In this document: piece after piece, positions 63,653 to 64,000 of the stretch | Layout of the letters: every line of letters begins with the position of its first letter | Position numbering within the stretch: position 1 is the stretch's first letter | NCBI GenBank assembly: GCA_000002445.1 | Contig: CM000208.1 | Span: 1,920,001 to 1,984,000 of the forward strand | Direction of reading: 5' to 3' | From: Trypanosoma brucei | Taxonomy: Eukaryota | DNA: 64,000 nucleotides | Notes under the pieces: model-generated | The model's input: only the letters and a program-made list of their open reading frames with translations | Database searches by the model: none | What the model was told of the DNA's origin: nothing | Program-made: the position numbers and the translations under genes

Positions 63653-64000
63653 TATATAATTCCCACAAAATAATTAACAGTCATGAAAAGTGGGTATTGA
63701 CCACATTTGGACCTCTCTTGGAGAACTTACAAACACTCAGTCAAGGGCGAATTCGCTGATTCAATCATTTTCTTTTTTTTTTTGTTTTCTTAATAACTCT
63801 AAATGAGGCATGAGAATTTGGAGCAAATGTAACAAACGAGCAGAAGACTTATCATTGAAATACGCAATGAGAAGAAGATAAAATAAGATATAAAATTAGA
63901 TAAGGTGAAGCGAAATGAAAGTGAAACAACATAAAAGATGAAAACAAAGAATGGGAAAAAAGAAGAAAAGAAAAACAACGGTCCCTTTCCTTAAAAACTT

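Noticed and set aside
1-64000. tRNA / snRNA / SL RNA / CRISPR search
   Set aside because: I scanned for T-loop GTTCGA/GGTTCGAATCC-type motifs and for repeat-spacer periodicity and found none convincing. CRISPR is not expected in a eukaryote. A covariance-model search would be needed for small ncRNAs.

Overview
The window reads as trypanosomatid nuclear DNA, most like Trypanosoma brucei. From memory the gene order (SEC23, a TEY MAP kinase, cofactor-independent PGAM, cap 2'-O-methyltransferase, RFC3, prolyl oligopeptidase, OSCP, beta-adaptin) resembles a T. brucei chromosome 10 segment; I could not verify this by search. Every convincing CDS is on the minus strand, so the window sits inside one unidirectional polycistronic transcription unit with no strand switch. 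On that strand, pyrimidine-rich tracts followed by AG sit shortly upstream of most start codons, as expected for trans-splicing acceptor regions. The supplied ORF track uses non-ATG (GTG/TTG) first codons in several places, so I moved those starts to the first in-frame ATG and note each change. I found no tRNA, rRNA, snRNA or CRISPR features and no introns. The non-genic observations are: a ~347-bp dispersed direct repeat present twice, about 20.8 kb apart, at 99%+ identity; a perfect 36-bp G/C palindrome with G-quadruplex potential; a 2.7-kb gene-free interval carrying several microsatellites; two candidate unannotated small ORFs; and a few domain architectures worth follow-up (a stand-alone GAF-like domain protein, a large adenylate-kinase-like domain protein, a short SAS-6 head-domain paralogue). 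I see no evidence of a novel multi-gene system. This looks like core, syntenic housekeeping chromosome.
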